Notes under the pieces: model-generated
Databases searched by the model: none
Seen by the model: only the letters and a program-made list of their open reading frames with translations
What the model was told of the DNA's origin: nothing
DNA from: Atribacterota bacterium
Lineage (GTDB): Bacteria > Atribacterota > Phoenicimicrobiia > Phoenicimicrobiales > Stramentimicrobiaceae
Direction: 5' to 3'
Assembly (NCBI GenBank): GCA_040767965.1
Contig: JAXGNR010000004.1
Location: forward strand, 480,001 to 544,000
DNA: 64,000 nucleotides
Translations under genes and position numbers: made by a program
Shown here: positions 15,761 to 26,453 of the stretch, one piece after another
Numbering within the stretch: position 1 is the first letter of the stretch
Layout: every line of letters begins with the position of its first letter

Positions 15761-16501
15761 TTGGGACAAAAAGTTCACCCAAAAGGTTTACGTATTGGAA
15801 TAATTAAAGATTGGGATGTCAAATGGTATAGTCGAAAAAATTACAAAGAAAACATTTCTCAAGATCATAAAATTAGAAAATTTATTAAAGAAAACTTGAA
15901 CCATGCCGGAATATCTATGGTAAATATAGAGAGAATTGCTAATCGTATTAGAATTACTATTAATTGTGCTAGACCTGGCATTATTATTGGTAGAAAAGGT
16001 GCTGAAGTTAATAAGCTAAAAGACAATTTAATAAAAATACTAGGTGATGGTGATGTTCAAATTAATATCAAGGAAGTCAAAACACCAGAAATTGATGCTC
16101 AATTAGTTGCAGAAGATATCGCAAATCAGATATTAAGAAGAGCTTCAGTAAAGAGAATGATGAAACAGGCAGCTTCTCGTGCAATAAAAATGAAAGCTGA
16201 AGGAATTAAAATAATGATTTCTGGTAGAATAGGTGGTGCTGAAATCGCTAGAACAGAATGGCATATGGAAGGTAGATTACCTCTTCATACATTAAGAGCT
16301 GATATCGATTATGGTTTCGCCGAAGCAAATACTACCTACGGTAAAGTAGGGGTAAAAGTCTGGATATTTAAAGGCGAAATATTGCCTAAAATAAAAAACA
16401 GAATCAGCGAAATAGAAGAAGATCTTAGTGGAAAAGATTATAATGATGCAAATAAAAGAACATCTGTAATAGGGGGACAAGAAGATGCTTCAGCCAACTA
16501 G
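15761..16501 (+). CDS. rpsC: 30S ribosomal protein S3
   Basis: [21 protein letters not shown]; TTG start abutting rplV stop. Confidence 0.99.
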   Translation: MGQKVHPKGLRIGIIKDWDVKWYSRKNYKENISQDHKIRKFIKENLNHAGISMVNIERIANRIRITINCARPGIIIGRKGAEVNKLKDNLIKILGDGDVQINIKEVKTPEIDAQLVAEDIANQILRRASVKRMMKQAASRAIKMKAEGIKIMISGRIGGAEIARTEWHMEGRLPLHTLRADIDYGFAEANTTYGKVGVKVWIFKGEILPKIKNRISEIEEDLSGKDYNDANKRTSVIGGQEDASAN

Positions 16502-16907
16502 AACAAAACATAGAAAGTTACAACGGGGTAAAATGAAGGGAAAAGCTCAAAAGGGAAATTTAATATCCTTTGGAGATTATGCATTACAATCATTGCAGAT
16601 ATCCTGGATAACAAGTTCTCAAATTGAAGCTGCTAGAATTGCAATTACTCATGAAATAAAACGTGGAGGGAAAGTTTGGATTAGAATATTCCCACATAAG
16701 TCAGTTACCAAGACTGCTGCTGAAACCAGAATGGGTAAAGGTAAAGGATCCCCCGAATTTTGGGTTGCTGTTGTTAAGCCTGGTACAATATTATTTGAAC
16801 TAGGTGGTGTTGATGAAGAAATAGCTAGAGAAGCCATGAGATTGGCCTCTCATAAATTGCCAATCAAAACTCGTTTTGTTATGCGAGAAGAACAGGTGGT
16901 GGGTTAA
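16485..16907 (+). CDS. rplP: 50S ribosomal protein L16
   Basis: [15 protein letters not shown]. Confidence 0.99.
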   Translation: MLQPTRTKHRKLQRGKMKGKAQKGNLISFGDYALQSLQISWITSSQIEAARIAITHEIKRGGKVWIRIFPHKSVTKTAAETRMGKGKGSPEFWVAVVKPGTILFELGGVDEEIAREAMRLASHKLPIKTRFVMREEQVVG

Positions 16908-17123
16908 TTGAAAGCAAGTGAATTAAGAGATTTATCAATTGCGGAATTAGAAAAAAAATTAGCTGATTTAAAAGACGAATTGTTTAGTTTGCGTTTTCAA
17001 TCAGTAACTGGCCAGTTAGGCAACCACATGAAAATAAAAGAAGTAAAACATGATATTGCTAGAGCAAAAACTGTGCTAAGAGAAATTGAATTAAATAAAA
17101 GTAATCAAAAACTTAAAGTTTAA
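16908..17123 (+). CDS. rpmC: 50S ribosomal protein L29
   Basis: [17 protein letters not shown]. Confidence 0.97.
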   Translation: MKASELRDLSIAELEKKLADLKDELFSLRFQSVTGQLGNHMKIKEVKHDIARAKTVLREIELNKSNQKLKV

Positions 17124-17162
17124 AATAATTAAATTTTTGAAAAAGGAATAGGGTGATAATTA

Positions 17163-17423
17163 ATGTCTATTTCAACTGATACTAAAAGCAGCAGAGTTGG
17201 AATTGTTGTAAGTAATTCTATGGATAAATCTGTTGTTGTCCAAGTTAGTTATTTAGTGGCTCATAAATTATATAAAAAAAGAATCAGAAAAAGTACTAAA
17301 TTTATGGCCCATGATGAAAAAAATATGTGCGAAGTTGGAGATAAAGTTAAAATAATTTCTACAAGACCATTAAGCAAAAGAAAAAGATGGGAAGTTATTG
17401 AAATTATTGAAAAACAAAAATAA
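17163..17423 (+). CDS. rpsQ: 30S ribosomal protein S17
   Basis: [21 protein letters not shown]. Confidence 0.98.
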   Translation: MSISTDTKSSRVGIVVSNSMDKSVVVQVSYLVAHKLYKKRIRKSTKFMAHDEKNMCEVGDKVKIISTRPLSKRKRWEVIEIIEKQK

Positions 17424-17486
17424 CTTTAAAGTAGTTTCGCATATTATATTATTAGTTATGATGATATATAAGGGAGTGTGGCAAAA

Positions 17487-17855
17487 TTGATACAAATGCA
17501 ATCAAATCTTTTTGTAGCAGATAATTCTGGTGCAAAAAAAATACAATGTATAAAAGTTCTTGGCGGATCAAGGAAAAGATATGCTAGGATAGGTGAAATT
17601 ATCATAGCATCTGTTAAAGAAGCCAATGTTGGTGGAACTGCTAAAAAGGGTGATGTTATAAAAGCGGTAATAGTGAGAACAAAAAAAGAAATTGGACGTC
17701 CTGATGGTTCATATATCCGTTTTGATGACAATGCAGCGGTCATAATCAACAACCAAAACGAACCTATTGGTACAAGAATATTCGGACCTGTAGCTCGAGA
17801 GTTAAGGGACAAAAAATTTATGAAAATAATATCCCTTGCTCCCGAAGTCGTTTAG
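17487..17855 (+). CDS. rplN: 50S ribosomal protein L14
   Basis: [25 protein letters not shown]; TTG start giving canonical MIQ. Confidence 0.98.
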   Translation: MIQMQSNLFVADNSGAKKIQCIKVLGGSRKRYARIGEIIIASVKEANVGGTAKKGDVIKAVIVRTKKEIGRPDGSYIRFDDNAAVIINNQNEPIGTRIFGPVARELRDKKFMKIISLAPEVV

Positions 17856-17876
17856 GTGCGGAAAGGAGTTAGCAAA

Positions 17877-18210
17877 ATGCCTAAAACTAAAGTAGCTTTA
17901 AAAAAGGGAGATAGTGTTCTGGTAATTACCGGAGAAGATAAAGGTAAGAATGGAAAAATTATTGAAATGTTACCTAATCAAAATAAAGTGATTATCGAGG
18001 GAGTAAACTTTCTGAAGAAGCATATGAAACCTACACAGAAATCACCCCAAGGTGGGATTGCAGAGACAGGAAGGATCTATTCACCTTTCTAATGTAAAAC
18101 TGGTTTGTAATAAATGTAATAAACCAACTAATATTAAACACGGATTAACTAAAGAAGGTAAAAAAGTTCGTATATGTAAAAAATGTGGAGAAATTATAGA
18201 TAAGGTCTAG
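17877..18210 (+). CDS. rplX: 50S ribosomal protein L24 (one extra base near 18060-18069 breaks the frame)
   Basis: KOW N-terminus [20 protein letters not shown]; continuation [16 protein letters not shown]...[14 protein letters not shown] lies in the +1 frame. Confidence 0.93.
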
Positions 18211-18221
18211 GAGGTTAACAA

Positions 18222-18770
18222 GTGATACCCAGGCTAAAAGAAAAATACCAGCAGGAAATAGTTCCTGCAATGATGAAAAAATATAACTATAAAAATAAGA
18301 TGGCAGTGCCTAAAATTGAGAAAATTGTAATTAATATGGGCCTAGGAAAAGCAAGAGAAGATGCAAAAATAATAGATGAGGCTACTCAGGTTATTTCTGC
18401 TATTACCGGGCAAAAACCTGTAATTACAAAATCAAGTAAATCTATATCTAATTTTTCAATTCGTAAAGGTATGCCAGTAGGATGTAAAGTTACTCTTAGA
18501 AGTAGTAGAATGTATGAATTTTTAGACAGACTAATTAACGTAGCAATTGCTCGTATTCGTGATTTTCAAGGTACTTCTCCTGATTCTTTTGATGGACGAG
18601 GAAATTATACATTAGGAGTAAAAGAGCAATTAATATTCCCAGAAATAGAATTTGACAAAGTTAACACTACATTAGGAATGAATATTACTATAACCACTGA
18701 TGCTAAGAATGATGAAGAGGCAAAGGATCTTATACGATTAATTGGTATGCCATTTAAAAAAGATAATTGA
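18222..18770 (+). CDS. rplE: 50S ribosomal protein L5
   Basis: [22 protein letters not shown]. Confidence 0.99.
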   Translation: MIPRLKEKYQQEIVPAMMKKYNYKNKMAVPKIEKIVINMGLGKAREDAKIIDEATQVISAITGQKPVITKSSKSISNFSIRKGMPVGCKVTLRSSRMYEFLDRLINVAIARIRDFQGTSPDSFDGRGNYTLGVKEQLIFPEIEFDKVNTTLGMNITITTDAKNDEEAKDLIRLIGMPFKKDN

Positions 18771-18808
18771 TATTTAAGTATAAGGATTTTATAGAGGAGG
18801 ATATATGA

Positions 18809-18991
18809 GTGGCAAAAAAGTCGTTAGTTAAGGCAAATAGAGAACAAAAATATAAAGTAAGAGAATATAGCCGATGCAATATTTGCGGTAGACCAAGAGG
18901 GTATATTAGAAAATTTGGCATTTGCCGAATATGTTTTAGAAAAATGTCGCATAACGGTGAATTACCAGGTGTTATAAAATCAAGTTGGTAA
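18809..18991 (+). CDS. rpsN: 30S ribosomal protein S14, zinc-binding (type Z)
   Basis: RCNICGR...[17 protein letters not shown]. Confidence 0.98.
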   Translation: MAKKSLVKANREQKYKVREYSRCNICGRPRGYIRKFGICRICFRKMSHNGELPGVIKSSW

Positions 18992-19050
18992 TTACAGAAA
19001 AGTTATTATTAAGAAAAATATGCATGATTGCAAGATGGGAGGATAATTAG

Positions 19051-19449
19051 ATGGGTGTTGTTACAGATCCAATTGCTGATATGATCACTAGAATCAGAAA
19101 TGCTAACAGGGCAAAAAGCAGTAAAGTTGAAATTCCTTCTTCAAAAATAAAACTCGAAATAGCTAGGATATTAAAAGATGAAGGATTTATTCGTGATTAT
19201 CAATCTAAAGAAGATAATAAACAGGGTGTTATTACAGTATTTTTAAAATACTCTGATAAACAAAGAATTATTACAAATTTAAAAAGAATTAGTAAACCAG
19301 GATTAAGAGTTTATGTGAATAAAGATGATGTACCTGAAGTATTGGGTGGATTGGGTATTAGTATTTTATCTACATCAAACGGAATTATGTCTGGGAAAGA
19401 AGCAAAAAAGAAACATTATGGTGGAGAAGTTTTGTGCTATATATGGTAG
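19051..19449 (+). CDS. rpsH: 30S ribosomal protein S8
   Basis: [21 protein letters not shown]. Confidence 0.99.
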   Translation: MGVVTDPIADMITRIRNANRAKSSKVEIPSSKIKLEIARILKDEGFIRDYQSKEDNKQGVITVFLKYSDKQRIITNLKRISKPGLRVYVNKDDVPEVLGGLGISILSTSNGIMSGKEAKKKHYGGEVLCYIW

Positions 19450-19537
19450 TTAGCAATAAAACTGGGATTCACTAATAAAATAATATACAGAATAATGTCC
19501 AGTTAAAAAAACAAGCAGATAAGGAGGATATTGTAAT

Positions 19538-20089
19538 ATGTCCAGGATAGGCAAGCTACCTATTACGATACCGGAAGGTATTTCGATAGTTATTAAAGAT
19601 AATAAGATTTCAGTAAAAAATAATCAACAAGAGCTAGATTTTGAAATACATCCAGAAATAAAAGTTATAATAGAAGAAAATAAAATAATCGTAGAAAGAC
19701 CCAGTAATTCAAGAGCTCACCGCTCTTTACATGGTTTAACAAGAAATATTATTTTTAATATGGTAAAAGGAATAAGCGAAGGATTTGAAAAAACGCTGGA
19801 AATAGTAGGTGTTGGTTATAGGGCAGACTTAAAAGGAAAAGATTTGGAGTTAAATTTAGGGTACTCTCATCCAATTAAAGTTGAAGCCCCTGATGGCATT
19901 GAATTTGCTGTTGATAAACAAAAAACTATTAAAGTAAAAGGAGCAGATAAGCAACTGGTTGGGAAAATAGCTGCTGAAATAAGAAAGCTAAGAAAGCCGG
20001 AGCCCTATAAAGGGAAGGGTGTTAAATATATCGATGAACGTATCAGAAGAAAAGTTGGTAAGGCAGGGGCAACAGTTGGCAGTAAATAA
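19538..20089 (+). CDS. rplF: 50S ribosomal protein L6
   Basis: MSRIGK, RKPEPYKGKG. Confidence 0.99.
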   Translation: MSRIGKLPITIPEGISIVIKDNKISVKNNQQELDFEIHPEIKVIIEENKIIVERPSNSRAHRSLHGLTRNIIFNMVKGISEGFEKTLEIVGVGYRADLKGKDLELNLGYSHPIKVEAPDGIEFAVDKQKTIKVKGADKQLVGKIAAEIRKLRKPEPYKGKGVKYIDERIRRKVGKAGATVGSK

Positions 20090-20133
20090 GAATTTATAAT
20101 GTGCTTATCATAGAAAGAGGGGTACTTAAAAAT

Positions 20134-20532
20134 ATGATTAACAAAAAATTTGCATCGAGAATTAGAAGAAAAAAAGGAATCAGGAAAAATATTAACGGAA
20201 CAAGCGATAAACCAAGAGTCACTATTTTCCGTAGCTCTAAAAATATTTATGCTCAAGCCATTGATGATGAGAATGGTGTTACTTTGTTGTCTTTATCCAC
20301 CTTAAGCCCAGAGGTAAAACAAGAAATAAAATTTGGTGGGAATGTTAACGCAGCTGAAGCTACAGGTAAAATTTTTAACGAAAAGTTAAAAGAAAAAGGA
20401 ATAAAAAAAATAGTTTTTGATAGAAATGGTTATCTATTTCATGGAAGAGTTAAGGCGTTTTCTGATAAAATTGAATTAAAAAATATTAAAAAAGGCAAAC
20501 CCGGTAAAGATAATCAGGAATTACAACCCTAA
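20134..20532 (+). CDS. rplR: 50S ribosomal protein L18 with atypical C-terminus
   Basis: PRVTIFRSSKNIYAQ, VFDRNGYLFHGRVKA; ATG after GAGGGG. Confidence 0.97.
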   Translation: MINKKFASRIRRKKGIRKNINGTSDKPRVTIFRSSKNIYAQAIDDENGVTLLSLSTLSPEVKQEIKFGGNVNAAEATGKIFNEKLKEKGIKKIVFDRNGYLFHGRVKAFSDKIELKNIKKGKPGKDNQELQP

Positions 20533-20590
20533 GTAATGTAACTAATATATAAATAAAATATTTAAATTGTTAGCGAGAGGAGATGAATAC

Positions 20591-21100
20591 ATGCAGAATG
20601 TGCAAAATAATTTTAACGAAGGTCAAGAGCTTAAAGAAAGCGTAGTCTTTGTAAATAGAGTTAGTAAAGTAGTCAAGGGCGGTAGAAGATTTGGATTTAG
20701 TGCAATGGTTGTTGTTGGAAATGGCCAGGGTTATGTTGGTATTGGGTATGGTAAGGCAAAGGATGTTTCCGATGCCATAAGGAAGGGCTCTACAAAAGCA
20801 AAAAAAGAAATGTCTAAAATTAAAACACGCAAAAATACTATACCTCACGCGGTAACAGGTATTCATGGAGGAGCTAAAGTATTTTTGAGACCAGCATCTC
20901 CGGGAACTGGAGTAATTGCCGGTGGGGCAGTTAGGGCAATTATAGAAGCAGTTGGAATACAGGATATTCTCACAAAATCATTAGGTAGTGATAATAATTT
21001 GAATATCGTTAAAGCTACTATGAAAGCTTTATTGAGCTTAAAAAATGCTAGAGAAGTTGCGAAGTTAAGAGGTATTCCTGTTGAGAAAATATATAATTAA
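20591..21100 (+). CDS. rpsE: 30S ribosomal protein S5
   Basis: [24 protein letters not shown]. Confidence 0.99.
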   Translation: MQNVQNNFNEGQELKESVVFVNRVSKVVKGGRRFGFSAMVVVGNGQGYVGIGYGKAKDVSDAIRKGSTKAKKEMSKIKTRKNTIPHAVTGIHGGAKVFLRPASPGTGVIAGGAVRAIIEAVGIQDILTKSLGSDNNLNIVKATMKALLSLKNAREVAKLRGIPVEKIYN

Positions 21101-21124
21101 GTTGTCACTGAGGGGGAATAAATA

Positions 21125-21565
21125 ATGGACCTAAATAATTTAGAAAAAAGCTCAGGATCTACTCATGTTAAAAAAAGGGTTGGAAGAGGCAATGCATCTG
21201 GAAGTGGAACTACTGCTGGAAGAGGCTCAAAAGGCCAAAAAAGTAGATCTGGTTATAAAAAGAAATTATATTTTGAAGGCGGTCAAATGCCTTTAAGTAG
21301 AAGAGTACCAAAAAGAGGATTTTATAGTCCTTTTAGAAAAGAATTCGCTATTGTTAATGTCGAAGAACTGAATCGTTTTGAAGAAAACACAATTATTACA
21401 CCAGAACTTCTGATTGAAGAAGGAATGGTAAAAAATGTTATGCATGGAATTAAAGTTCTGAGCAATGGAAAGTTGGAAAAACCATTAACTGTAAAAGCTC
21501 ATAGCTTTAGCCAGGAAGCGATTAAGAAAATAGAATCTGCTGGCGGAAAGGCAGAGGTGATATAA
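21125..21565 (+). CDS. rplO: 50S ribosomal protein L15
   Basis: GRGSKGQKSRSG, FEGGQMPL. Confidence 0.99.
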   Translation: MDLNNLEKSSGSTHVKKRVGRGNASGSGTTAGRGSKGQKSRSGYKKKLYFEGGQMPLSRRVPKRGFYSPFRKEFAIVNVEELNRFEENTIITPELLIEEGMVKNVMHGIKVLSNGKLEKPLTVKAHSFSQEAIKKIESAGGKAEVI

Positions 21566-22834
21566 TTGCTTGAACAATTACGAAGTTTGTTTAAAATTCC
21601 TGATTTAAAAAGCAGACTACTTTTTACATTAGCAATGTTGATAATAGTTAGGCTGGGAAGTCATATACCATTACCAGGCATCGATAAGCAAGCTCTTGCT
21701 AATTTATTTGCCCAAGGTGGAATTCTTGGCTTTTTTGATCTTTTTGCTGGTGGTGCATTAAGCCGATTTTCTCTTTTTGCATTAGGTATTATGCCATATA
21801 TTAATGCATCGATTATTATGTCTTTATTACAGTCAGTAGTACCATTATTTGAACAATGGTCTAAAGAGGGGCAAGAAGGAAGAAGCAAACTTAATCGTAT
21901 AACAAGATATGGAACTGTGGTACTTGGTTTAATACAGGCAGTAGGAATAAGTGCCTGGCTTGAAAGTCTGCAGGTTTTAATGATAAGCGGCCTTTTATTT
22001 AGATTATTATTAATTATTAGTTTAACTGCAGGTACTTGTTTTTTAATGTGGCTTGGCGAGCAAATAAGTGATTATGGTATTGGAAATGGTATTTCCATAA
22101 TAATATTTGCCGGTATTGTAGCACGAATACCTACTGAAATAATTCAGACCTGGAGCTTGTTAAGAGTTGGCGAAATAAGTGTTTTTTCCATTATTGCTTT
22201 TTTAATCCTGGTTGTATTAGTGATAGCAGGAGTTGTTGCCATTCAACAGGGACAACGTCGTATTCCTGTTCAGTATGCAAAACGTGTTGTAGGAAGAAAA
22301 TTATACGGAGGGCAGGGTACCCATATTCCATTAAGAGTAAATCAAGCTGGGGTTATTCCTATAATTTTTGCTTCAGCAATACTCATATTTCCAGGAACAA
22401 TTGCCCAATTTTTTCAAGGATCAGCTTTTATGCAAAAAATTGCTCAAGCACTTTCACCTGGAACAGCATTGTATTTAATTTTATATGCCATATTAATTAT
22501 CGTTTTTACATTTTTCTATACAGCTATAACATTTAATCCTCAAAATATGGCCGATAATATGAAAAAATACGGTGGTTTTATACCTGGAAGAAGACCAGGA
22601 AAAGCTACAGCTATGTACATTGATAATATCATGACTCGTATTACATTAAGTGGGGCTATTTTTCTTGCCATAATAGCTATATTGCCTAACATTTTAATTC
22701 AAATAACAGGGATAACCACTATTTATTTTGGCGGAACATCTGTAATAATAATGGTTGGTGTAGCCTTGGAAACTGTTCAACAGATTGAGTCCCACATGTT
22801 AATGAGACATTATGAAGGTTTTATTAAAAAGTAA
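21566..22834 (+). CDS. secY: Preprotein translocase SecY
   Basis: LGIMPYINASII, GIGNGIS, FIPGRRPG; multiple hydrophobic helices. Confidence 0.99.
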   Translation: MLEQLRSLFKIPDLKSRLLFTLAMLIIVRLGSHIPLPGIDKQALANLFAQGGILGFFDLFAGGALSRFSLFALGIMPYINASIIMSLLQSVVPLFEQWSKEGQEGRSKLNRITRYGTVVLGLIQAVGISAWLESLQVLMISGLLFRLLLIISLTAGTCFLMWLGEQISDYGIGNGISIIIFAGIVARIPTEIIQTWSLLRVGEISVFSIIAFLILVVLVIAGVVAIQQGQRRIPVQYAKRVVGRKLYGGQGTHIPLRVNQAGVIPIIFASAILIFPGTIAQFFQGSAFMQKIAQALSPGTALYLILYAILIIVFTFFYTAITFNPQNMADNMKKYGGFIPGRRPGKATAMYIDNIMTRITLSGAIFLAIIAILPNILIQITGITTIYFGGTSVIIMVGVALETVQQIESHMLMRHYEGFIKK

Positions 22835-22862
22835 ATTAATAGCATAAAGGAGTATTTTTAGC

Positions 22863-23525
22863 ATGAAACTTATATTACTAGGTCCTCCAGGGGCTGGCAA
22901 AGGAACTATTGCTAATGAAATAAATAAAAAAATAAATATTCCAGTTATTTCAACTGGAGATATTTTGAGAAATTCTATTAAAAATAATACAAAATTGGGT
23001 AAGGAAGCTCAAGAATATGTTACATCTGGCAAATTAGTTCCTGACGATTTAATAATGAGTATTGTTGAAGAAAGAATTAAAGATAATGATTGCCAGAATG
23101 GTTTTATGTTTGATGGATTTCCCAGAACTATCCAGCAAGCAATAGAATTAGATTCTCTGATGAGACGACTTAATACTAAAATCGATCAGGTATTTTATTT
23201 TGAAGCCTCTGATAGTGTAATTGTTGAAAGATTATCAGATAGAAGAGTTTGTGCAAAATGTGGCGCTATCTATAATCTAAACTATAATTCACCAAAAATT
23301 GAAAATGTTTGCGATAAATGTGGTGGACAATTATTTCAACGCGATGATGACAAACAAGAAACTATTTTAAACAGGATAAAGGTGTTTAACAAGGAAACTC
23401 TTCCACTGGTTGAATATTATGAGGAAAAAAATAACTTAACAAAAATAAATGCTGATTTAGATTTAAAAATAAGGTTTGAAGATGTTTGGAATAGATTAAT
23501 TAAACTTGGATTAGTTGGAAAGTAA
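22863..23525 (+). CDS. adk: Adenylate kinase (zinc LID)
   Basis: GPPGAGKGT, DGFPRT, CAKC...CDKC. Confidence 0.98.
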   Translation: MKLILLGPPGAGKGTIANEINKKINIPVISTGDILRNSIKNNTKLGKEAQEYVTSGKLVPDDLIMSIVEERIKDNDCQNGFMFDGFPRTIQQAIELDSLMRRLNTKIDQVFYFEASDSVIVERLSDRRVCAKCGAIYNLNYNSPKIENVCDKCGGQLFQRDDDKQETILNRIKVFNKETLPLVEYYEEKNNLTKINADLDLKIRFEDVWNRLIKLGLVGK

Positions 23526-23532
23526 TGATATA

Positions 23533-24288
23533 ATGGTAATTTTAAAGACTATTAAAGAGATTGAAAAAATAAAAAAAAGTTGCCGATTAACATCTAATAC
23601 GTTAAAATATATTTTTGAAAAAATAAAGCCGGGTATAAAAACAATTCAGATAGATCAAATGGCTGAATCGTATATAATTAAAAACAATGGTAAACCGGCT
23701 TTTAAGGGATATGGAGCAAAAGGAAATGAATTTCCGGCAACAGTCTGTATCTCTATTAATGAAGAAATAGTTCATGGAATTCCAGGAGATAGAATTCTTC
23801 AAGAAGGAGATATTGTCAGCCTAGATGTGGGTACTTATTTAAACGGATATTATGGTGATAGCGCAATAACAGTTGGGGTTGGTAAAATATCTAAGGTTGC
23901 TGAAAGCTTAATTAAAGTAACCAGAGAATGTCTTTTTAAAGGAATTGAAAAAGCTATTAACGGTAATTCAATAGGCGATATTGGATTTGCTATCCAAGAA
24001 CATGCAGAAATTAATAGTTTCTCTGTAGTTAGAGATTTTGTCGGACATGGAGTTGGCTTACAAGTTCACGAAGATCCACAAATACCCAACTATGGAACAC
24101 CCAATACTGGTTTAAGATTAGAAAAAGGTATGGTTTTAGCCATTGAACCAATGTTAAATCAAGGTGACTATAGGACAATATCCGATGATGATGGATGGAC
24201 AGTAAAAACCGCTGATGGTAGTCTATCTGCTCATTTTGAGCATACAATAGCTATATATGAAAATAAAAATGAAATTTTAACTATTTGA
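23533..24288 (+). CDS. map: Methionine aminopeptidase type I
   Basis: NEEIVHGIP, GHGVG..VHEDP, SAHFEHT. Confidence 0.97.
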   Translation: MVILKTIKEIEKIKKSCRLTSNTLKYIFEKIKPGIKTIQIDQMAESYIIKNNGKPAFKGYGAKGNEFPATVCISINEEIVHGIPGDRILQEGDIVSLDVGTYLNGYYGDSAITVGVGKISKVAESLIKVTRECLFKGIEKAINGNSIGDIGFAIQEHAEINSFSVVRDFVGHGVGLQVHEDPQIPNYGTPNTGLRLEKGMVLAIEPMLNQGDYRTISDDDGWTVKTADGSLSAHFEHTIAIYENKNEILTI

Positions 24289-24358
24289 TGATCAATTTAA
24301 TTATTAAATGATAAGGAAAACTAGTATTAACATTTATTTATATGGGAGTTGATATTTA

Positions 24359-24574
24359 ATGGGAAAAGAAAAATATGTTGAGATGAAGGGTAAAGTAACT
24401 CAAGCCTTGCCCAATGCAACATTTAAAGTTGAATTAGAAAATGGTTGTGAGGTTTTAGCGCACATATCCGGGAAAATAAGAATGCATTTTATTAGAATAT
24501 TACCTGGAGATAAAGTTAAGGTTGAGATATCGCCCTATGATTTAAGTAGAGGTAGAATTACTTATCGACTGTAG
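24359..24574 (+). CDS. infA: Translation initiation factor IF-1
   Basis: [22 protein letters not shown]. Confidence 0.99.
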   Translation: MGKEKYVEMKGKVTQALPNATFKVELENGCEVLAHISGKIRMHFIRILPGDKVKVEISPYDLSRGRITYRL

Positions 24575-24693
24575 TTCAATATAAAAATAATATCAATACC
24601 TTGAAAAATATATAATAAATAAAAGTAATACTAATTCTATAATTAATATAAAAAATCATTTTAAATAGTTTAGCAAGAGAGGATAAGATAGAA

Positions 24694-24810
24694 ATGAAGG
24701 TTAGATCATCTGTAAAAAAAATATGCGAGAAATGTAAGTTAATCAGAAGACATGGGAAAATAATGGTAATATGTGAAAATCCTAAACATAAACAAAAACA
24801 AGGAAAATAA
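24694..24810 (+). CDS. rpmJ: 50S ribosomal protein L36 (not in ORF track)
   Basis: Manual translation [38 protein letters not shown]; SD GAGAGG. Confidence 0.98.
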   Translation: MKVRSSVKKICEKCKLIRRHGKIMVICENPKHKQKQGK

Positions 24811-24830
24811 ATGGGAAGGAGTTATAAGGC

Positions 24831-25202
24831 ATGGCTAGAATAAGCGGAGTTGATATACCTAATAATAAAAATGTTGATTGTGCATTGACATATATTTTTG
24901 GAATTGGTTATACAGTATCAAGGAAAATACTTGCTGAAGCAGGAATAGATTTTCAGACAAAAGTAAAAGATTTAAAAGATGATGAAATTAATACAATAAG
25001 AGATATCATAGGTAAAAACTATAAGGTAGAAGGTGAACTTAGAAGTCAAAGAACAGCAGATATTAAAAGACTTATGGAAATTGGCTCCTATCGTGGGTTA
25101 AGACATAAGAGAGGGCTTCCGGTTAGAGGACAAAGAACAAGCACTAATGCCAGAACTAGAAAAGGCCCCAGAAGAACTGTTGGAGTTAAGAGAAGTAAAT
25201 AA
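24831..25202 (+). CDS. rpsM: 30S ribosomal protein S13
   Basis: [25 protein letters not shown]. Confidence 0.99.
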   Translation: MARISGVDIPNNKNVDCALTYIFGIGYTVSRKILAEAGIDFQTKVKDLKDDEINTIRDIIGKNYKVEGELRSQRTADIKRLMEIGSYRGLRHKRGLPVRGQRTSTNARTRKGPRRTVGVKRSK

Positions 25203-25260
25203 TTATACGTATTAAAAAATATGTATTCTAAAAAGGATTAAAACGAAAGGAGATACTGGA

Positions 25261-25659
25261 TTGGTTGCAAAAAAACAAACCAAAAAAATACGTAAAAAGC
25301 GTATTAGAAAAAATGTGCTAAAAGGTGTTGTTCATATACAATCAACCTTTAACAATACTATTGTCTCTATTTCTGATACCGAAGGCAACATAGTATCTTG
25401 GGCTAGTGCTGGTTCTATCGGAAATAAAGGAAGCAAAAAAAGTACATCTTTTGCAGCTCAGAGAACTGCTGAAGAAGCAGGCAAAAAAGCAATGGATCAA
25501 GGAATGAAAGAAATAGATGTTTATGTTAAAGGTCCTGGCTCTGGAAGAGAAACAGCAATACGTTCACTACAAGCCATTGGTTTTAAAATAAACACTATTA
25601 GGGATGTCACTCCAATTCCTCATAATGGCTGTAGACCGCCAAAACAAAGAAGAGTCTAA
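25261..25659 (+). CDS. rpsK: 30S ribosomal protein S11
   Basis: [22 protein letters not shown]. Confidence 0.99.
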   Translation: MVAKKQTKKIRKKRIRKNVLKGVVHIQSTFNNTIVSISDTEGNIVSWASAGSIGNKGSKKSTSFAAQRTAEEAGKKAMDQGMKEIDVYVKGPGSGRETAIRSLQAIGFKINTIRDVTPIPHNGCRPPKQRRV

Positions 25660-25786
25660 ATTATTAAAAATTTAGTTTTAGTTTAGATATATTATTTTTA
25701 ATAATTTATATATAAATAAAGGTTCGAATAACTTAAAAACCTTTTTTGTTTTATTGATTAAATGAATTTACCTAAGGAGGTAATTT

Positions 25787-26419
25787 ATGGCTAGATATAC
25801 TGGTCCTGTTTGCCGTCTTTGTCGTAGACAGGAATCAAAATTATTTTTAAAAGGAGAGCGCTGCTATACTGACAAATGTGCATTGGAAAAAAAGCCAACT
25901 CTTCCTGGAAAAAGCTCTCAGGATAGAAGAGCAAGAAAATTATCTAATTATGCTATCCAATTAAAAGAAAAGCAAAAAATGAAAGAAATGTATGGATTAG
26001 TTGAGAAACAATTCAGCAACCTTTTTGAAAAAGCTGAGAAAAAACATGGAGTTACCGGTGAGAATTTTATTCAATTTTTAGAAAGAAGACTTGATAATAT
26101 TGTATACAGACTGGGTCTTGCTGAATCCAGGGCTAATGCCAGGCAGATTGTAAAACACTCCCACGTATTGGTTAATGGGAAAAAGGTCAATATCCCTTCT
26201 TATATGGCCGATATTAATGACGTTGTAGAGATTAAGGAAAAAAGCCAATCAATTGCTTATTTTAAAGAATTAAAAGAAAGTGCTGAAGCAGCTAATGTGC
26301 CAGCCTGGCTAGAAGTAGATATGAAAAACTTGAAAGGAAAGGTCGTTAAGTATCCTTCTAAAGAAGATATTGATCTACCTATTGATGAAAAGCTAATTGT
26401 TGAGTTTTATTCAAGATAA
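25787..26419 (+). CDS. rpsD: 30S ribosomal protein S4 (zinc-binding form)
   Basis: MARYTGPVCRLCRR, LERRLDNIVYR, IVEFYSR. Confidence 0.99.
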   Translation: MARYTGPVCRLCRRQESKLFLKGERCYTDKCALEKKPTLPGKSSQDRRARKLSNYAIQLKEKQKMKEMYGLVEKQFSNLFEKAEKKHGVTGENFIQFLERRLDNIVYRLGLAESRANARQIVKHSHVLVNGKKVNIPSYMADINDVVEIKEKSQSIAYFKELKESAEAANVPAWLEVDMKNLKGKVVKYPSKEDIDLPIDEKLIVEFYSR

Positions 26420-26453
26420 GAGACTTAACATTACCGGAAGGAGAGATTTTAAG

